From Lactobacillaceae bacterium (GTDB taxonomy: Bacteria; Bacillota; Bacilli; Lactobacillales; Lactobacillaceae): DNA of 64,000 bases. The DNA is taken from the NCBI GenBank assembly GCA_031289015.1, contig JAITQG010000072.1, positions 6,846 through 70,845 on the forward strand, read 5' to 3'. Below the pieces are notes generated by a model. That model made no database searches. It worked only from the letters and a program-made list of their open reading frames with translations, and was not told the origin of the DNA. A program made the position numbers and the translations under genes. Shown one piece after another: positions 29,501-38,757 of the stretch; within the stretch, counting starts at the first letter, position 1, and each line of letters begins with the position of its first letter.

Positions 29501-30751
29501 CAAAGTCTTCAACTCAGTATCGTTAACAAACATCCGATTCAAGTTAGTAGCTTGTGAGAAGTCAACTTCATTCAAATCAATGCTTGTCAACTTAGGCATT
29601 TGCCCAAAGATCGCTTCAAAGTTGGTCGTCTTACTAGTATCTAAGTTATGCAACCCCCTGATTGCAGTGACATTATCCAAACCATAGAACAAGTACTTCG
29701 CGTCTTGATTTAGTGTTGACCCTTTTTCAAACAAGATCGTTTTAATGTCATCGCGGTGCGCGGCCCATGGTGAAACGGCAGATGTATTGTTAGCTAATGC
29801 CCCACTACGAAGAATTAAAGTACCTTCGTCATTGATGAGCCACTTACTACCAAACGTACCAGCCGCCTTACCAGCTTCACCTTCCCAAACGTAGGTTTCA
29901 GAAACCCCTTGGGCGTTGTGGCGCGTGAGTAGGTTACTTGCCGTCGTGCGACTACCAATTGGCACATAATCATTTAAATTACCGCCTAATTCACGCCAGT
30001 TTTCTGAAATTGCCACGCGTTGCCCATTGTCATAGCTCATGCCTTCCAATGGTGCTGAACGGAAAGCACTGTTCGCCCCGATTTTGCAATCAGCGCCTAA
30101 CGTAATTTTCCACAAATTATCAACTTGGGTAAACAAACCACTAACCGTAACATTTGAATCAATCTTCCAATTATCCAAATTTAACTTTTCAAGGCCATAA
30201 CACTTGCTAAACATTGAACTAATTTCAGTGAAGTTAGAAGTATCCCAGCTAGACAAATCCAAAGTGGTCAATTTAGCATCGTTTTCAAACATGTGATCGG
30301 CCCAAAAACATTTTGAGGCATCAACATACTTAAGCCCTTGAATTTCACGTAATTGTGGCAAATCAGCAAACAAATATCCTGAGTCTGGTGACAAAGCGAC
30401 ATCACCGCTAAAGACGATTTTTTGAATTTGGCTGGCATAGGCTGCAAACGGTGCCGTGCTTGATTGCGCTTCATCGAAAGTCCCTGAACCAAATGTCAAA
30501 ACGCCATCTGCAATTGACCAGTTAACAGTTCCATATTGACCTGTGGCTGATACTCCACCCACCATACTCAAGCCGGCTGCTTGTGTATTGGCAGTTTGTA
30601 GTCCCGGTTGAACTGACTTGTGTAAGAGCGCATCGACATTGGTATCATCGTCGGCTTCTGCCACGTTGTACGCCATACCGGCTGGAACCATAGTCATGGT
30701 CAAAGCAAGTCCACATTTCAATAGTTGTTTGTTAGTTAGTAACTTAGACAT
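23561..30751 (-). CDS. Giant surface protein: signal peptide, two BspA/DUF285-type LRR blocks, 10 MucBP/Muc_B2-type repeats, (PT)n linker, C-terminal TM anchor without LPxTG
   Basis: LRR-like LDLSSWDTSNFTEISSMF; ten ~175-aa units (VHYLD...RTIHY); C-terminus QDSGWLWGVLATLGIATGGLFFVKKRRK; start set to MSKLL after AGGAA. Confidence 0.9.
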   Translation of the reverse strand: MSKLLTNKQLLKCGLALTMTMVPAGMAYNVAEADDDTNVDALLHKSVQPGLQTANTQAAGLSMVGGVSATGQYGTVNWSIADGVLTFGSGTFDEAQSSTAPFAAYASQIQKIVFSGDVALSPDSGYLFADLPQLREIQGLKYVDASKCFWADHMFENDAKLTTLDLSSWDTSNFTEISSMFSKCYGLEKLNLDNWKIDSNVTVSGLFTQVDNLWKITLGADCKIGANSAFRSAPLEGMSYDNGQRVAISENWRELGGNLNDYVPIGSRTTASNLLTRHNAQGVSETYVWEGEAGKAAGTFGSKWLINDEGTLILRSGALANNTSAVSPWAAHRDDIKTILFEKGSTLNQDAKYLFYGLDNVTAIRGLHNLDTSKTTNFEAIFGQMPKLTSIDLNEVDFSQATNLNRMFVNDTELKTLALTNPTLTTDRTSVEEMVAGCDSLWKISMGANFKPTEPANFGLNTPVVGDTFDHHTVNADLWREVGTSTDVHAPAGSELTGAQVLGDHLDNRNLVDTHTYVWQGTPITNNLTVRYIDTDRNNALIDAATFTLPEAGAYQIDQPKLNALYAQGYELVPGANDYSQGTNAAADSEVTVRLRHKIIDRQQTVYVASVVHYKYADGAKAAPDHLTRIPFDGVDHIDQVINKSIGTDFATTPKQTEAIESPVIAGYVADKSTSAVLPVQYNMGTVQQNVTYTRATATEGTAQLTVHYLDHDDADKEVGRLALDGQIGTRYQTDDSKAYQDLIKQNYEFISGDDGWLKGEFDQTKDIYVRLGHKTEITHHYLFGTQRFIHYQFENGDKAADDSIQGSELTGTETTDLVTGHATTVWDTVQFDAVDSPVIAHFAPDQARVATAFADHNGPLDTEVTVTYHPAMNVNVHYIDTEADNAEVGLVINAGQDGDDYVTDPKQLEALYAAGYEFLDGDKEANQGTFTDNDQDVYVHLGHKKLSEDVTATKTRKIEYRYSDDLATFVVKPTVQTLTFAGVKTTDLVTQKSTTVYEDGTKTFPEITVPTIKGYTADATTVPSQTISVNGGGVDRTIKFRKDEVNKDQARLTYHFIDADNNNEEITRAVSVMPTGEPSKDYTAMNVLDTLLKPMGYVHESGPITVTETFAQDTDYYVYVKHAVVDEAVTKDVKRTIQYKYANGATANPAVEQTVDFNGTKHIDQVTQAETFDWDTITKEFGEVVSPEINQYTASEAKVGASTVTGADQDQTITVTYTKSASAATTTIHYLDGSQDGKELAAVTNHGRVGENYTTDTMTLKNLLAHGYVVEHSDEGAVIGTYSQASKDYYVTLAHGIEATPLTKTVSRIVHFRFEDKPEESAAPDRVQSVTFTGTSYYDKVTNQTVNEWDNPTQQEFTNVNAPEVLNFTALTAGLVTMPVSPFDDDTELTIYYKHTSATNTVHYLDLDADNKEITAEVNNGNLGDRYETGLNDKALPKLLAAGYEFVSADDNYDQGLFTADGPANLYVHLRHKHTDEQAIRYVTRTIHYQFANGEEAADKQVQSLKFEGQKDTDLVTKHQSIDWDMTPQVFDAIETPTIKGYTASKAVIDKAQVVATDADIDTKVVYEADLAPTTIQVHYLDADDNNAEVGKTTNAGNIGDKYQTDDATLNGLLATGYEFVDGDEGFDAGIYTGDKDLYVHLSHKHDKSDVTRTVSRTIHYNFATGGTAADDVIQSETFTGSKDTDLVTNLSKYSWDTKNATLPEVVSPYVNDFTPDKGSVHELYVTPNTKDSDVNVTYHSDADIIGVKVHYIDADAGNAEVGLQTAKGLVGTDYTIDSSTLDDLKDKGYVVFAADENSADGRFTENKDVHVYLKHAIVDENFEHTTTRTIHYQFSNGQTAADDVVQAAEFNGVKHIDKVTGLYKVDWDQEEKELAEVASPTIDGYLVNKATVAARTVTGHQKNSEVTVKYYSTDEVVQLNVHYIDTDNHNAEVGNVIEAGGKGEAYTTNTANLNALLAQGYELVAEDAGAQAGIFETSKDINVYLKHAVTKEATTKTIKRTIHYQNTNGTKVAEDKVQAVTFQGNKVFDKVTQTITAEWLTGEQTLEAVESPSIAGFVPTLKTVATRVVQGTDADEDVFVTYQAENTPVATVTNTIHYLDADNGNREVSKAVVIGNTGDKYTTNSITLDKLLASGYEFVAGDAGYDQGVFTSNQDINVHLKHHISTKAISKQISHTVRFLLENGHEAADDQVATVTFNGTVQTDDVTGAQSVAWAQTELTTPASAVPTIAGYTPNKTKLAGYTIKVTDGNSVEVVTYAKDAVPTPTPTPTPTPTPTPTPTPTPTPTPTPDNGGDGTGVTTPVNDGNTPAAGDTAATDNSAATDAKDAKDIKDANADGKDVKINDNAQDASETDEPEKVVEQDSGWLWGVLATLGIATGGLFFVKKRRKQEEEAK
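23883..23960. repeat. Hexanucleotide tandem repeat (GTTGGY)x13 encoding Pro-Thr linker
   Basis: Counted directly: 13 units of GTTGGC/GTTGGT. Confidence 0.95.
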
Positions 30752-30958
30752 AAATAATTTCCTCATAGTTGGTTGTATGGTATTTTTGTAAACTATGATT
30801 AGTATAGAAGCGATAGTGGGGTTTATTTTGGCGTTTGTTCTATGCTAAATAGTTTAAATTATGAATTTATGAGCAGGCTCCGGTTTTGCGTAGCGTTTTG
30901 ACAAAACCACTTACAATTCCGCACCGTTACAGGCTTTATCGCTTACTTTTCCCCATAC

Positions 30959-30992
30959 AAAAATGCAATTCCTGGGATTTTGGAATTGCATT
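30959..30992 (-). terminator. Terminator after addA
   Basis: AATGCAATTCC..GGAATTGCATT with T-run on minus strand. Confidence 0.75.
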
Positions 30993-31012
30993 CTCATAAT
31001 TTTATTTTTAAG

Positions 31013-34000
31013 TTATAGTTCAATAATTTGCCCGGTGTTAAACGCATAAATAAAGCGCCGAACATTTGCGTGACCCATTGCAATCAGAGCCTGCGCATAG
31101 ACGTTAATTTGACTTGCATAGCGGGCTTTCAGATCGGTCGCGGCCGTTTGTGCTTGGACGTGATCGGTCTTGTAATCAAACAACCACGTCTCATCACCGA
31201 CATTAAAGTACCCATCAATAATCCCGTGAATCAACACCCGGTCATCGCCGACAAAGCCTTGATACAAGGTATCTGCTTGCATCAGCATTGAAAAGGGCAC
31301 TTCACGTTGCACACTATCCGCATTTTGTAGCATTTGTCGGCCCAATGGCGTTGCGGTGAAAAACTGTACGATTTTTTTCACGCCGATTAATGGTGCCACG
31401 GCAGCTTCAATTAATTCCTCTTGCACCAGTTCATTAATCAAAGCTAGGATTGCAAGCTCATCCGGCGTCCCTTTAGTCACGTCAACTTTTTGCATCACCA
31501 AGTGGGTAGCCGTTCCAATTACTGACGAGCTAATTTTTGTGGCGGCAGTTTGCATGAATTTTGGTTCGGCTAACTGACTGTTCGTATAGCGCAAACCACT
31601 CGCATCCCCGACCCGTAAACGCGTATCAACGACATCACGGCCAGCTTGCAGATCCGGATCTTCAAATAAACGTTTGATTTCAGAGACGGATTGATACGCA
31701 GTTGCGCGTGTTGCCGTGGCATAATCATAATCAAATTGTAATATGTGTTGCCATGCTTGCTTAGATGGTAGCGGTTCAGTTGGTGCAACGGGTTGGGCTT
31801 GGTGTTCATCTGGTTTTGTCATATTAGCTTGTAATTGTTTAGCATCGACAAATTCAATGGTAAATTCAAAATCACCCGCTAATTGTTCTAGCTCACCAGT
31901 TGCATAATTCTTCTTTTGATAGGTGGCTGGTGAAATTGGTCGCAATTCACCAAAATCAAGAGTGTCATCATATTGCCCTAATGCATTTAAGAACTGCTCA
32001 AATTGGGGGTGTCGAGTCAGCGCCATCCCCACCAAATCCATAAAGGAATGGCCTTGCAACCGAATTGATTCAGGCAACATCCACTCACTACTGGCTTGAT
32101 TGACTAGCCCCCACTTATTGGCAATGGTTTGGGCATCTTTATAGGTACCAACCATAAACAATTGTTGCTCAGCCCGTGTCAAAGCGACATACAAGACCCG
32201 CAATTGTTCAGCAAACATACTGCGATTCATCGCGTCTTTGACCGTGGCGTGTTGGGGCGTCGTTAGTTCCAAGTGGTGGGTAAAATCAGTATATTTCAAC
32301 CCAATCCCGGCTTGCGAGTCTAACAACACCGCGCCATTCATGTCTTGCGTGTTGAATTTACCAGTGGTGTTTAACATAAAGACCACAGGAAATTCCAGCC
32401 CTTTTGAACCATGGATCGTCATCATGTGGACTGTATTGTTGGCCACATTAGCATCGGCTTCACCTAAATCAGCGTCTAATTTTTGAAGTTCTTGCACATA
32501 GTTAATGAATTGATATAGGCCCACAAAACTACTCTTTTGATAACTGGCGGCGCGCTCGTACAAAGCGTGTAAATTAGCTTGGCGTTGTGCACCAGATGGC
32601 AACCCGCCAACATAATCCAACCACCCCGTTTGGTTATAAATTTGCCAAATTAACGTGACAATTTGATTTTGGACGGCTAATTCACGGAATTTAGCCAAAT
32701 CCTGTTCGAGGCGTTGAACCGCCGTAATCGTTTGCGTCACTAAGTCCACTGACACGCCAGGCACACTAACAGTCAACGGTTGCTGGGCCAAAGCTTGCAT
32801 CGCCGTATAAAAGTCACCTTCACTGTGTTGCGCTCGAATTAAAGCCAACCCGTTTTCTTTGACCCCATACATTGGCGAACGCAAAACAGCTGCGAGTGGG
32901 ATGTCTTGATGCGGATTATCAATGATTTGCAACAAGCTCATCATGATTGAGATTTCGGTCGTCTGAAAATAATTCGCCACCCCGCTAACCGTCAGGGGAA
33001 TTTCCATTTGTTTGAAAATATCAACGAGTTCCAAATTCAAAGTACGTGAAGAAACTAAAATCGTAATGTCATCATAACGGATGGGGCGGAGTTCACTTTG
33101 CTTACGATCAAAAATGGGGAATTCAGTTGCAATCAACTCTTTAATTTTTTGCCCCATCAAAGTGATTTGCCCCGCCGATTTGGTTAAGCCTTGCGCATTA
33201 GCTAATTCAAAATCAGTCGCATCGTCATCTTCTGTTGCAACGCCACTTAAATACACCAATAAATCCGCCCGCTTGGGTAATTCAGCGGGATAATAGTTCG
33301 CCCCCGCCACCAACTTGGCATCGCCGGCATATTCAACATCACCCAACCCCTGACTCATTAATTGCATAAATAAATAATTAATAAAATTCGTCACATTCGG
33401 TTGCGAACGGAAATTCTCTGCTAAGATAATGACTTCAGATTTTGGATCATTTGGATATAGATCCGTCAGTTTATTCCCAAACAACTTTGGTTCCGCTTGT
33501 CGGAATTTATAAATCGATTGTTTGATATCACCAACTTGAAAAACATTGTTGTCCTTGGCAATCGCACTTAAAATGGCTTCTTGCAGATAGTTGGTGTCTT
33601 GATATTCATCCACCATGACTTCGCTATACTGCGCTTGCAACTTTTCAGCAATCGTTGGCTGTTGCACGATCGCCAAGGCAAAATGTTCCAAATCGTTAAA
33701 GTCAAAGGCCCGGCGTGAAACTTTTGTCGCCATATATGCGGCATCAAATTTGTGCACTAAAGCCACCAATTGTTCAACCACTACATAAGAGCCTGAAATC
33801 GCTTTGGCCAAGCCCGCATTATCCAAGGTGAAGTATTGATCTTTGAGTTTGCCAAATAAATCGTGATAGGCTTTACGTCGCTCACTGACTGCTTGCCACT
33901 CGATTTTGACTAACTCATCACTCCCCCTGGGCACGCCTAATTTACCGCGCCATGGAGTCGCCACAACCCCGTTAACTAATTGGCGTAAATCATTCCAATT

Positions 34001-34810
34001 AGTTTCAGTTGTTAAAGCTTCTTGAATCGTTTGAAACCTCGCCACATCAGTTTGCATATCATCTAAGCGTTCGGCCATTTCACCTGGTGTGGTGTCCAAC
34101 AATTCATTGGCTTGGTCAATCACACTTTGCAAAGCGGTTTGGATATTAGGTCGCATTTTATTTTGATAATATTCAGTCTGTGAAAAATCGCCGTCCATTT
34201 GATAAATGGCCGCTAAATGATCCAACCATTCATCGGTGTCAGGGCGGGCCATCGCCATTTCAAACAAGCGAAACACCGTGCGTTGGAGCCCCGTATCATT
34301 GCCACCATCTGTGATAAATTGTTGCGCAAATTCGACAAATTGCCCGGCTTGATCAGTATAATAGCTTTGTTCCAAGACATCATCAAAAACTTCGAGCATT
34401 AACAATTGTTTCTCAGCGGCATCCGCAATTAAGCGAAAGACCGGATCTAGATCAATTGCATAGTGATACTGTTCAATTAAGCGCAAAGCAAAGGCGTGCA
34501 AAGTCGAGATGTTAGCAACGTTGATGAGCCGTAATTGCAACAAGAGATGTTGGCGTTGTTGATTTTCGATATCAGGCACATTGAGTTGCCCACGAATTGC
34601 GGTTTCAAGCCGTTCTTTCATTTCTGAGGCAGCGGCTTCGGTAAACGTCACAATTAAAAATTTATCAATATTTTCGCCAGCTAATAAGCGCTGTAAAACA
34701 CGTTCAACCAAAACGCGGGTTTTCCCCGACCCGGCCGAAGCGGAAACGAGGATGTTTTTCCCGTGATTACTAATGGCTTGTTGTTGTGTATCAGTAAATT
34801 GCATCGCCAT
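31013..34810 (-). CDS. addA: ATP-dependent helicase/nuclease subunit A
   Basis: SASAGSGKT, VDEYQDTN, VGDIKQSIYKFRQA, TIHGSKGLEF, GIIDGYF..DYKT. Confidence 0.97.
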   Translation of the reverse strand: MAMQFTDTQQQAISNHGKNILVSASAGSGKTRVLVERVLQRLLAGENIDKFLIVTFTEAAASEMKERLETAIRGQLNVPDIENQQRQHLLLQLRLINVANISTLHAFALRLIEQYHYAIDLDPVFRLIADAAEKQLLMLEVFDDVLEQSYYTDQAGQFVEFAQQFITDGGNDTGLQRTVFRLFEMAMARPDTDEWLDHLAAIYQMDGDFSQTEYYQNKMRPNIQTALQSVIDQANELLDTTPGEMAERLDDMQTDVARFQTIQEALTTETNWNDLRQLVNGVVATPWRGKLGVPRGSDELVKIEWQAVSERRKAYHDLFGKLKDQYFTLDNAGLAKAISGSYVVVEQLVALVHKFDAAYMATKVSRRAFDFNDLEHFALAIVQQPTIAEKLQAQYSEVMVDEYQDTNYLQEAILSAIAKDNNVFQVGDIKQSIYKFRQAEPKLFGNKLTDLYPNDPKSEVIILAENFRSQPNVTNFINYLFMQLMSQGLGDVEYAGDAKLVAGANYYPAELPKRADLLVYLSGVATEDDDATDFELANAQGLTKSAGQITLMGQKIKELIATEFPIFDRKQSELRPIRYDDITILVSSRTLNLELVDIFKQMEIPLTVSGVANYFQTTEISIMMSLLQIIDNPHQDIPLAAVLRSPMYGVKENGLALIRAQHSEGDFYTAMQALAQQPLTVSVPGVSVDLVTQTITAVQRLEQDLAKFRELAVQNQIVTLIWQIYNQTGWLDYVGGLPSGAQRQANLHALYERAASYQKSSFVGLYQFINYVQELQKLDADLGEADANVANNTVHMMTIHGSKGLEFPVVFMLNTTGKFNTQDMNGAVLLDSQAGIGLKYTDFTHHLELTTPQHATVKDAMNRSMFAEQLRVLYVALTRAEQQLFMVGTYKDAQTIANKWGLVNQASSEWMLPESIRLQGHSFMDLVGMALTRHPQFEQFLNALGQYDDTLDFGELRPISPATYQKKNYATGELEQLAGDFEFTIEFVDAKQLQANMTKPDEHQAQPVAPTEPLPSKQAWQHILQFDYDYATATRATAYQSVSEIKRLFEDPDLQAGRDVVDTRLRVGDASGLRYTNSQLAEPKFMQTAATKISSSVIGTATHLVMQKVDVTKGTPDELAILALINELVQEELIEAAVAPLIGVKKIVQFFTATPLGRQMLQNADSVQREVPFSMLMQADTLYQGFVGDDRVLIHGIIDGYFNVGDETWLFDYKTDHVQAQTAATDLKARYASQINVYAQALIAMGHANVRRFIYAFNTGQIIEL

Positions 34811-34811
34811 C

Positions 34812-37800
34812 TTAGGCATCCTCCTTTCCGTTAGTCGCAAAGTCAGCCATGGCAGTTAAAATGGTGGCTTTATCTTGTTTATTAATGTCGTTATAGCGAT
34901 CGCCCATTAAGGCATCAAAGCGCATAATCGGCTTATATTCACTATATTCAAGCGCCGTTTTTTGCCCGTCCCGGTACGGTTGCAACGGGAAGTCACCGGT
35001 CAAAATATTTTGCGCCATCGCTTTGATTTTAGCTTCATTGAAAGCCTGCAAAATAGCCAAATCACTCGCCGAAACCACTTCTGAGGTGGCACCAAACGAA
35101 TCGTCTTTTTTGCGTTTAATCATATATGGTGGCTGGGCATCACCGGCTTCGAGTTGCTCAATAAATTGTTCATCAGCCAACAACAAGCCCCGGTATTTAC
35201 CTTGTTCCATCACCGCTTGATCAGCTTTAGTCGTCATTTCTTGATACGTTGTACCGACGACATCTTGGGCTTTAATCAGCGGATTTTTGAGCGACCAAAA
35301 AGTCGCGGCTGCCATCTGGGCGCCACTTGGTAAGCGATTAGCATTTTTAATCATCGCCGCCCAATACGTCATTAATTGTAATTCTAAGCCCGCATATGCT
35401 TTATGGTATTCGAATTTACGATCACTGGACTTATAATCCACAATCGCTAAATAATCGGTGTTCGTTGTGGCATCATGCACGACATCATAACGGTCGACTT
35501 TTCCGCGAATCGTAATCGAACCGCCGTTGTCTAACGCATAGTTGACCGGCTGGAAGTCACTGTGCATTAGGCCAAAGCCGGCTTCTGTCCCCAGCGTTTT
35601 AATGCCTTGGCCTGGCAATTGCCCGCGTTGCATATTTAGTAACGCCAAATGAACTTGCTGGGCCAAACTATCCGTCAACAATTCCATGCGTTTGGTCGAT
35701 TTGAAAATGTCATAAGTCGGATTATCGGCTAACAAAATTTGTTCGACGACCCGATTTTCTAAATCAGTAATTTGTTTGGCACTCAAGTCTCCCAATGGTT
35801 CACCAGCCAAATTGGTAAAGACGTTTTCAAGCACATCATGCATAAACGTTCCTTTTTCAGCGGGCGTCATTTGCATTTCTTGGCGTTCAACTAATTTCAA
35901 ACCAAAGCGCAAGAAATATTCATACGGATTGCGAGCATAAGTTTCTAGTCGTGAAATTGACGCCTTCAAATCATCACCAAATAACTGCACCACCAATGGA
36001 TGTTGCAATTGTTCGACCAGATTTGAATACTGCAAACTTGCCATGACCTGCTTGTATTGGTCAGGCGCTAAAATCCGCAATTGTTCATCTAAACTTTGCC
36101 ACGCTAGACTCAATGGTTTAGCCGCTTTGAGGGCCGTTTGTTTAGCCAATACTAAATTAGCTAACGAACTCCCAATTGACCCAAGCCGGAGCAAGACTTG
36201 GTCAGCATCATCATCAACACTTGGCAACGCATTAATTTGCATAATCGCTTTATCAAAGCCCTTAGCTAAGCGTGACACATACATTGATGCCTTCAGCCCA
36301 CTCTCGCCATCACTGGTGCTATACGCCCAAACCAAGCGCTCTTGGGCACTCATCATGGCGTTATAAATCAACAAGCTATCTTGAGCCATCGCTTCATCAG
36401 CGGTCTCGCGCAAGTTAATACCAGCTGGCAAAATAGCTTTCAAGGCTAAACGATCATTATCTTGGAGAAGCGCGTGTTGGCGAATGGTAACTGGTAAATT
36501 AGCACTCGTCGCTCCAAAAATAATTACCGTATGCGCCCCAATGTTTTGGACAATCCCGGTTTCAGACACCAAAACTTGATCCATCGTGGCCGGAATTGCA
36601 TTGTATTTAGCACTACCAAAAGCCGCGGTTAACGCCTCACTTAAATCAGTGACCGCCATTGGTGTATCACCAAAGACTGCCACAAAATCATCTAATACAT
36701 TAACAAATTCACGCCAAACTTGTTCGGGCTGGCTAGCCGCAAACAAATCGCCTTGTGCCACAGCAGCATCCCTCCACGCCAACAACCGTTCATCGACATG
36801 CATGGTTACCAAAAACTGATACAACTTAGCCGCCAATTGCCGAGCCGTTTTCGCCGTTGCTAAATCTTGCAAAAATGGCGCGACTTGCTGACTAATTTGA
36901 TCATGAATCAGCGCCAATTGAGCATCTTTACGGGCCACCCGTTCGCGGACAACGGCATCATCATCTTCTGAAATATTGTGATCAAAGTACCACGCTTCAG
37001 TCGACGACCAGCGCCAGCCACTAAAATTCTTAGCCAACACAAAATTCTCAGTAATTGCCAAAGCTTCACGATATTCTGCCAAAGTTACTTCAGCCGGTAA
37101 AAACAGTTCCGACTTCAACAAATTCATCACGTCAGTAAGCTGATAATGTGGGGCTAAAGCCAATAAATTATCTAACATGGCGACCAACGGATGGGCATTC
37201 ATCGGCCGATCCAAGTCCATAAAATACGGCAATTCATAACGATTAAATAATGCCGGCATCACATTGGCGTACTGGCTTAAATCGGGCGTCAACAATAAGA
37301 AATCCCGATACCGCCGCTTGCCAGTTGCGACCTCTTGGCGAATAAAGCGTGCCATCTGCTCAACTTCTTGATAGCGCGAAGTCGTTTGCCACAGCATTAA
37401 ATCTGGCGCGTCCAGCGGCGTTTGTGGCACCCCATGTTGTTCATATTCAATCCAATAATTTGAAATATTGTGCATCGTCTGGCTCAACGAACGCAAATCA
37501 CTCACCGTCTTAATTTCGACTTGTTGCCCAGCCGCGACGGCATAGTCGCGCAATTGTTGACCTAATAATTTCGGCCGTAAAAACAAATCATTATCAGCAA
37601 TCCCTTGCTCCGTAATCGCCCCAGCTCCACCATCAGCTGGCAGGGCAATGGTGACCCCGGCACTCTTTGTAATCAGTGCTTCGACGACCCCACGTTCTTG
37701 GGTCGTCATTTGAGAATAACCATCAATATAAAAATGATGCTGCCTTAAATCTGCTTGATCATTTTGTAAATACAGCTTTAAAATGCCTAATAAATCGCTA

Positions 37801-38357
37801 CTCAAATACTGCTCGCGGTCACCCAAAGCAGATTGAAACGCCTTACCAACTACTGCTAAGTCATGTAATTTACGTTGTAAAACCACGTTAGCTTGGCTCT
37901 GGTCACTCAACTTGGCCACATCATCCCACGTGAGGCCCGACTGCTTTAATTCCATTAATTGCTTGGTAAATTGCTCAATAAAACCAGGCTTATTCAATAA
38001 AGCCCCATATAATTGCAATTCATCGGCATGCTCTTTCAAGACAGCTTGCACGAGCATCGTCATGGCATTTTGCGACAAGTTAGCATGTTGATATAACTTA
38101 GATTCATTCATGTAGTACCAAGCAAGGCGGCTCATCGAAAAAACCTGAATTTGATTTGACGCAATAACTGGCGAAATACGTTGATCAATTTGAGCCAAGC
38201 GTTGCAGCACGCGAATTTCAGTTTCAAATTTAATGTGATTGGGCACCAAATAAAAAACTTTGGCGGTTGGATCTTGCTTAATCACTTGATTGACGCGGTT
38301 TAGTAAGGCTAATTCCCGATCTTGCGTTCCGGTACCAAACAGAATTGATAATGCCAT
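34812..38357 (-). CDS. addB: ATP-dependent helicase/nuclease subunit B (RexB type)
   Basis: VPNHIKFETE, SISRLETY..NPYEYFL, RGKVDRYD..IVDYKS nuclease motif. Confidence 0.95.
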   Translation of the reverse strand: MALSILFGTGTQDRELALLNRVNQVIKQDPTAKVFYLVPNHIKFETEIRVLQRLAQIDQRISPVIASNQIQVFSMSRLAWYYMNESKLYQHANLSQNAMTMLVQAVLKEHADELQLYGALLNKPGFIEQFTKQLMELKQSGLTWDDVAKLSDQSQANVVLQRKLHDLAVVGKAFQSALGDREQYLSSDLLGILKLYLQNDQADLRQHHFYIDGYSQMTTQERGVVEALITKSAGVTIALPADGGAGAITEQGIADNDLFLRPKLLGQQLRDYAVAAGQQVEIKTVSDLRSLSQTMHNISNYWIEYEQHGVPQTPLDAPDLMLWQTTSRYQEVEQMARFIRQEVATGKRRYRDFLLLTPDLSQYANVMPALFNRYELPYFMDLDRPMNAHPLVAMLDNLLALAPHYQLTDVMNLLKSELFLPAEVTLAEYREALAITENFVLAKNFSGWRWSSTEAWYFDHNISEDDDAVVRERVARKDAQLALIHDQISQQVAPFLQDLATAKTARQLAAKLYQFLVTMHVDERLLAWRDAAVAQGDLFAASQPEQVWREFVNVLDDFVAVFGDTPMAVTDLSEALTAAFGSAKYNAIPATMDQVLVSETGIVQNIGAHTVIIFGATSANLPVTIRQHALLQDNDRLALKAILPAGINLRETADEAMAQDSLLIYNAMMSAQERLVWAYSTSDGESGLKASMYVSRLAKGFDKAIMQINALPSVDDDADQVLLRLGSIGSSLANLVLAKQTALKAAKPLSLAWQSLDEQLRILAPDQYKQVMASLQYSNLVEQLQHPLVVQLFGDDLKASISRLETYARNPYEYFLRFGLKLVERQEMQMTPAEKGTFMHDVLENVFTNLAGEPLGDLSAKQITDLENRVVEQILLADNPTYDIFKSTKRMELLTDSLAQQVHLALLNMQRGQLPGQGIKTLGTEAGFGLMHSDFQPVNYALDNGGSITIRGKVDRYDVVHDATTNTDYLAIVDYKSSDRKFEYHKAYAGLELQLMTYWAAMIKNANRLPSGAQMAAATFWSLKNPLIKAQDVVGTTYQEMTTKADQAVMEQGKYRGLLLADEQFIEQLEAGDAQPPYMIKRKKDDSFGATSEVVSASDLAILQAFNEAKIKAMAQNILTGDFPLQPYRDGQKTALEYSEYKPIMRFDALMGDRYNDINKQDKATILTAMADFATNGKEDA

Positions 38358-38595
38358 GTGCGCTCCTTTGCATGTAGTGCTATTGATCTAATTTTAGCAT
38401 TTTTGCCCTAGTACTGGTGAAAATCAAGCAACAAAAAAACCAGCAAACTTGAATGTAAGGCAACAAAGCCCATTCATTCAATTTCACTGGTTTTCATAAC
38501 TCAGGTGTGCACTTCATTTGACAATTCAGGCATGCTGTATTTATCAGATAGTGGAGTTAAAAATTCAAAAAACTGTCCTGCGCACCCGAAGTTTA

Positions 38596-38757
38596 TTAAT
38601 TTTCCAATCCAGCCGTTCTACGTTGCTTTAAATTAGCTTCATTGGCAACATACATCAATACTTCTTTAAACTCTTTACGCGTTGCTCGTTTTTGAAATTC
38701 ACCGTAACTTTTATGATACTTATTTACAATTGCTTCTACTTTTTCTTTTTCAGTCAT
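38596..38757 (-). CDS. Small basic hypothetical protein (53 aa) coupled to the zeta-like gene
   Basis: Manual translation MTEKEKVEAIVNKYHKSYGEFQKRATRKEFKEVLMYVANEANLKQRRTAGLEN; start overlaps upstream stop; GGAGG RBS. Confidence 0.7.
   Translation of the reverse strand: MTEKEKVEAIVNKYHKSYGEFQKRATRKEFKEVLMYVANEANLKQRRTAGLEN

Noticed and set aside
30906-30931. Paired TGTAAC/TGTAAG hexamers upstream of the adhesin as a WalR box
   Set aside because: Spacing is 10 nt, not the required 5.
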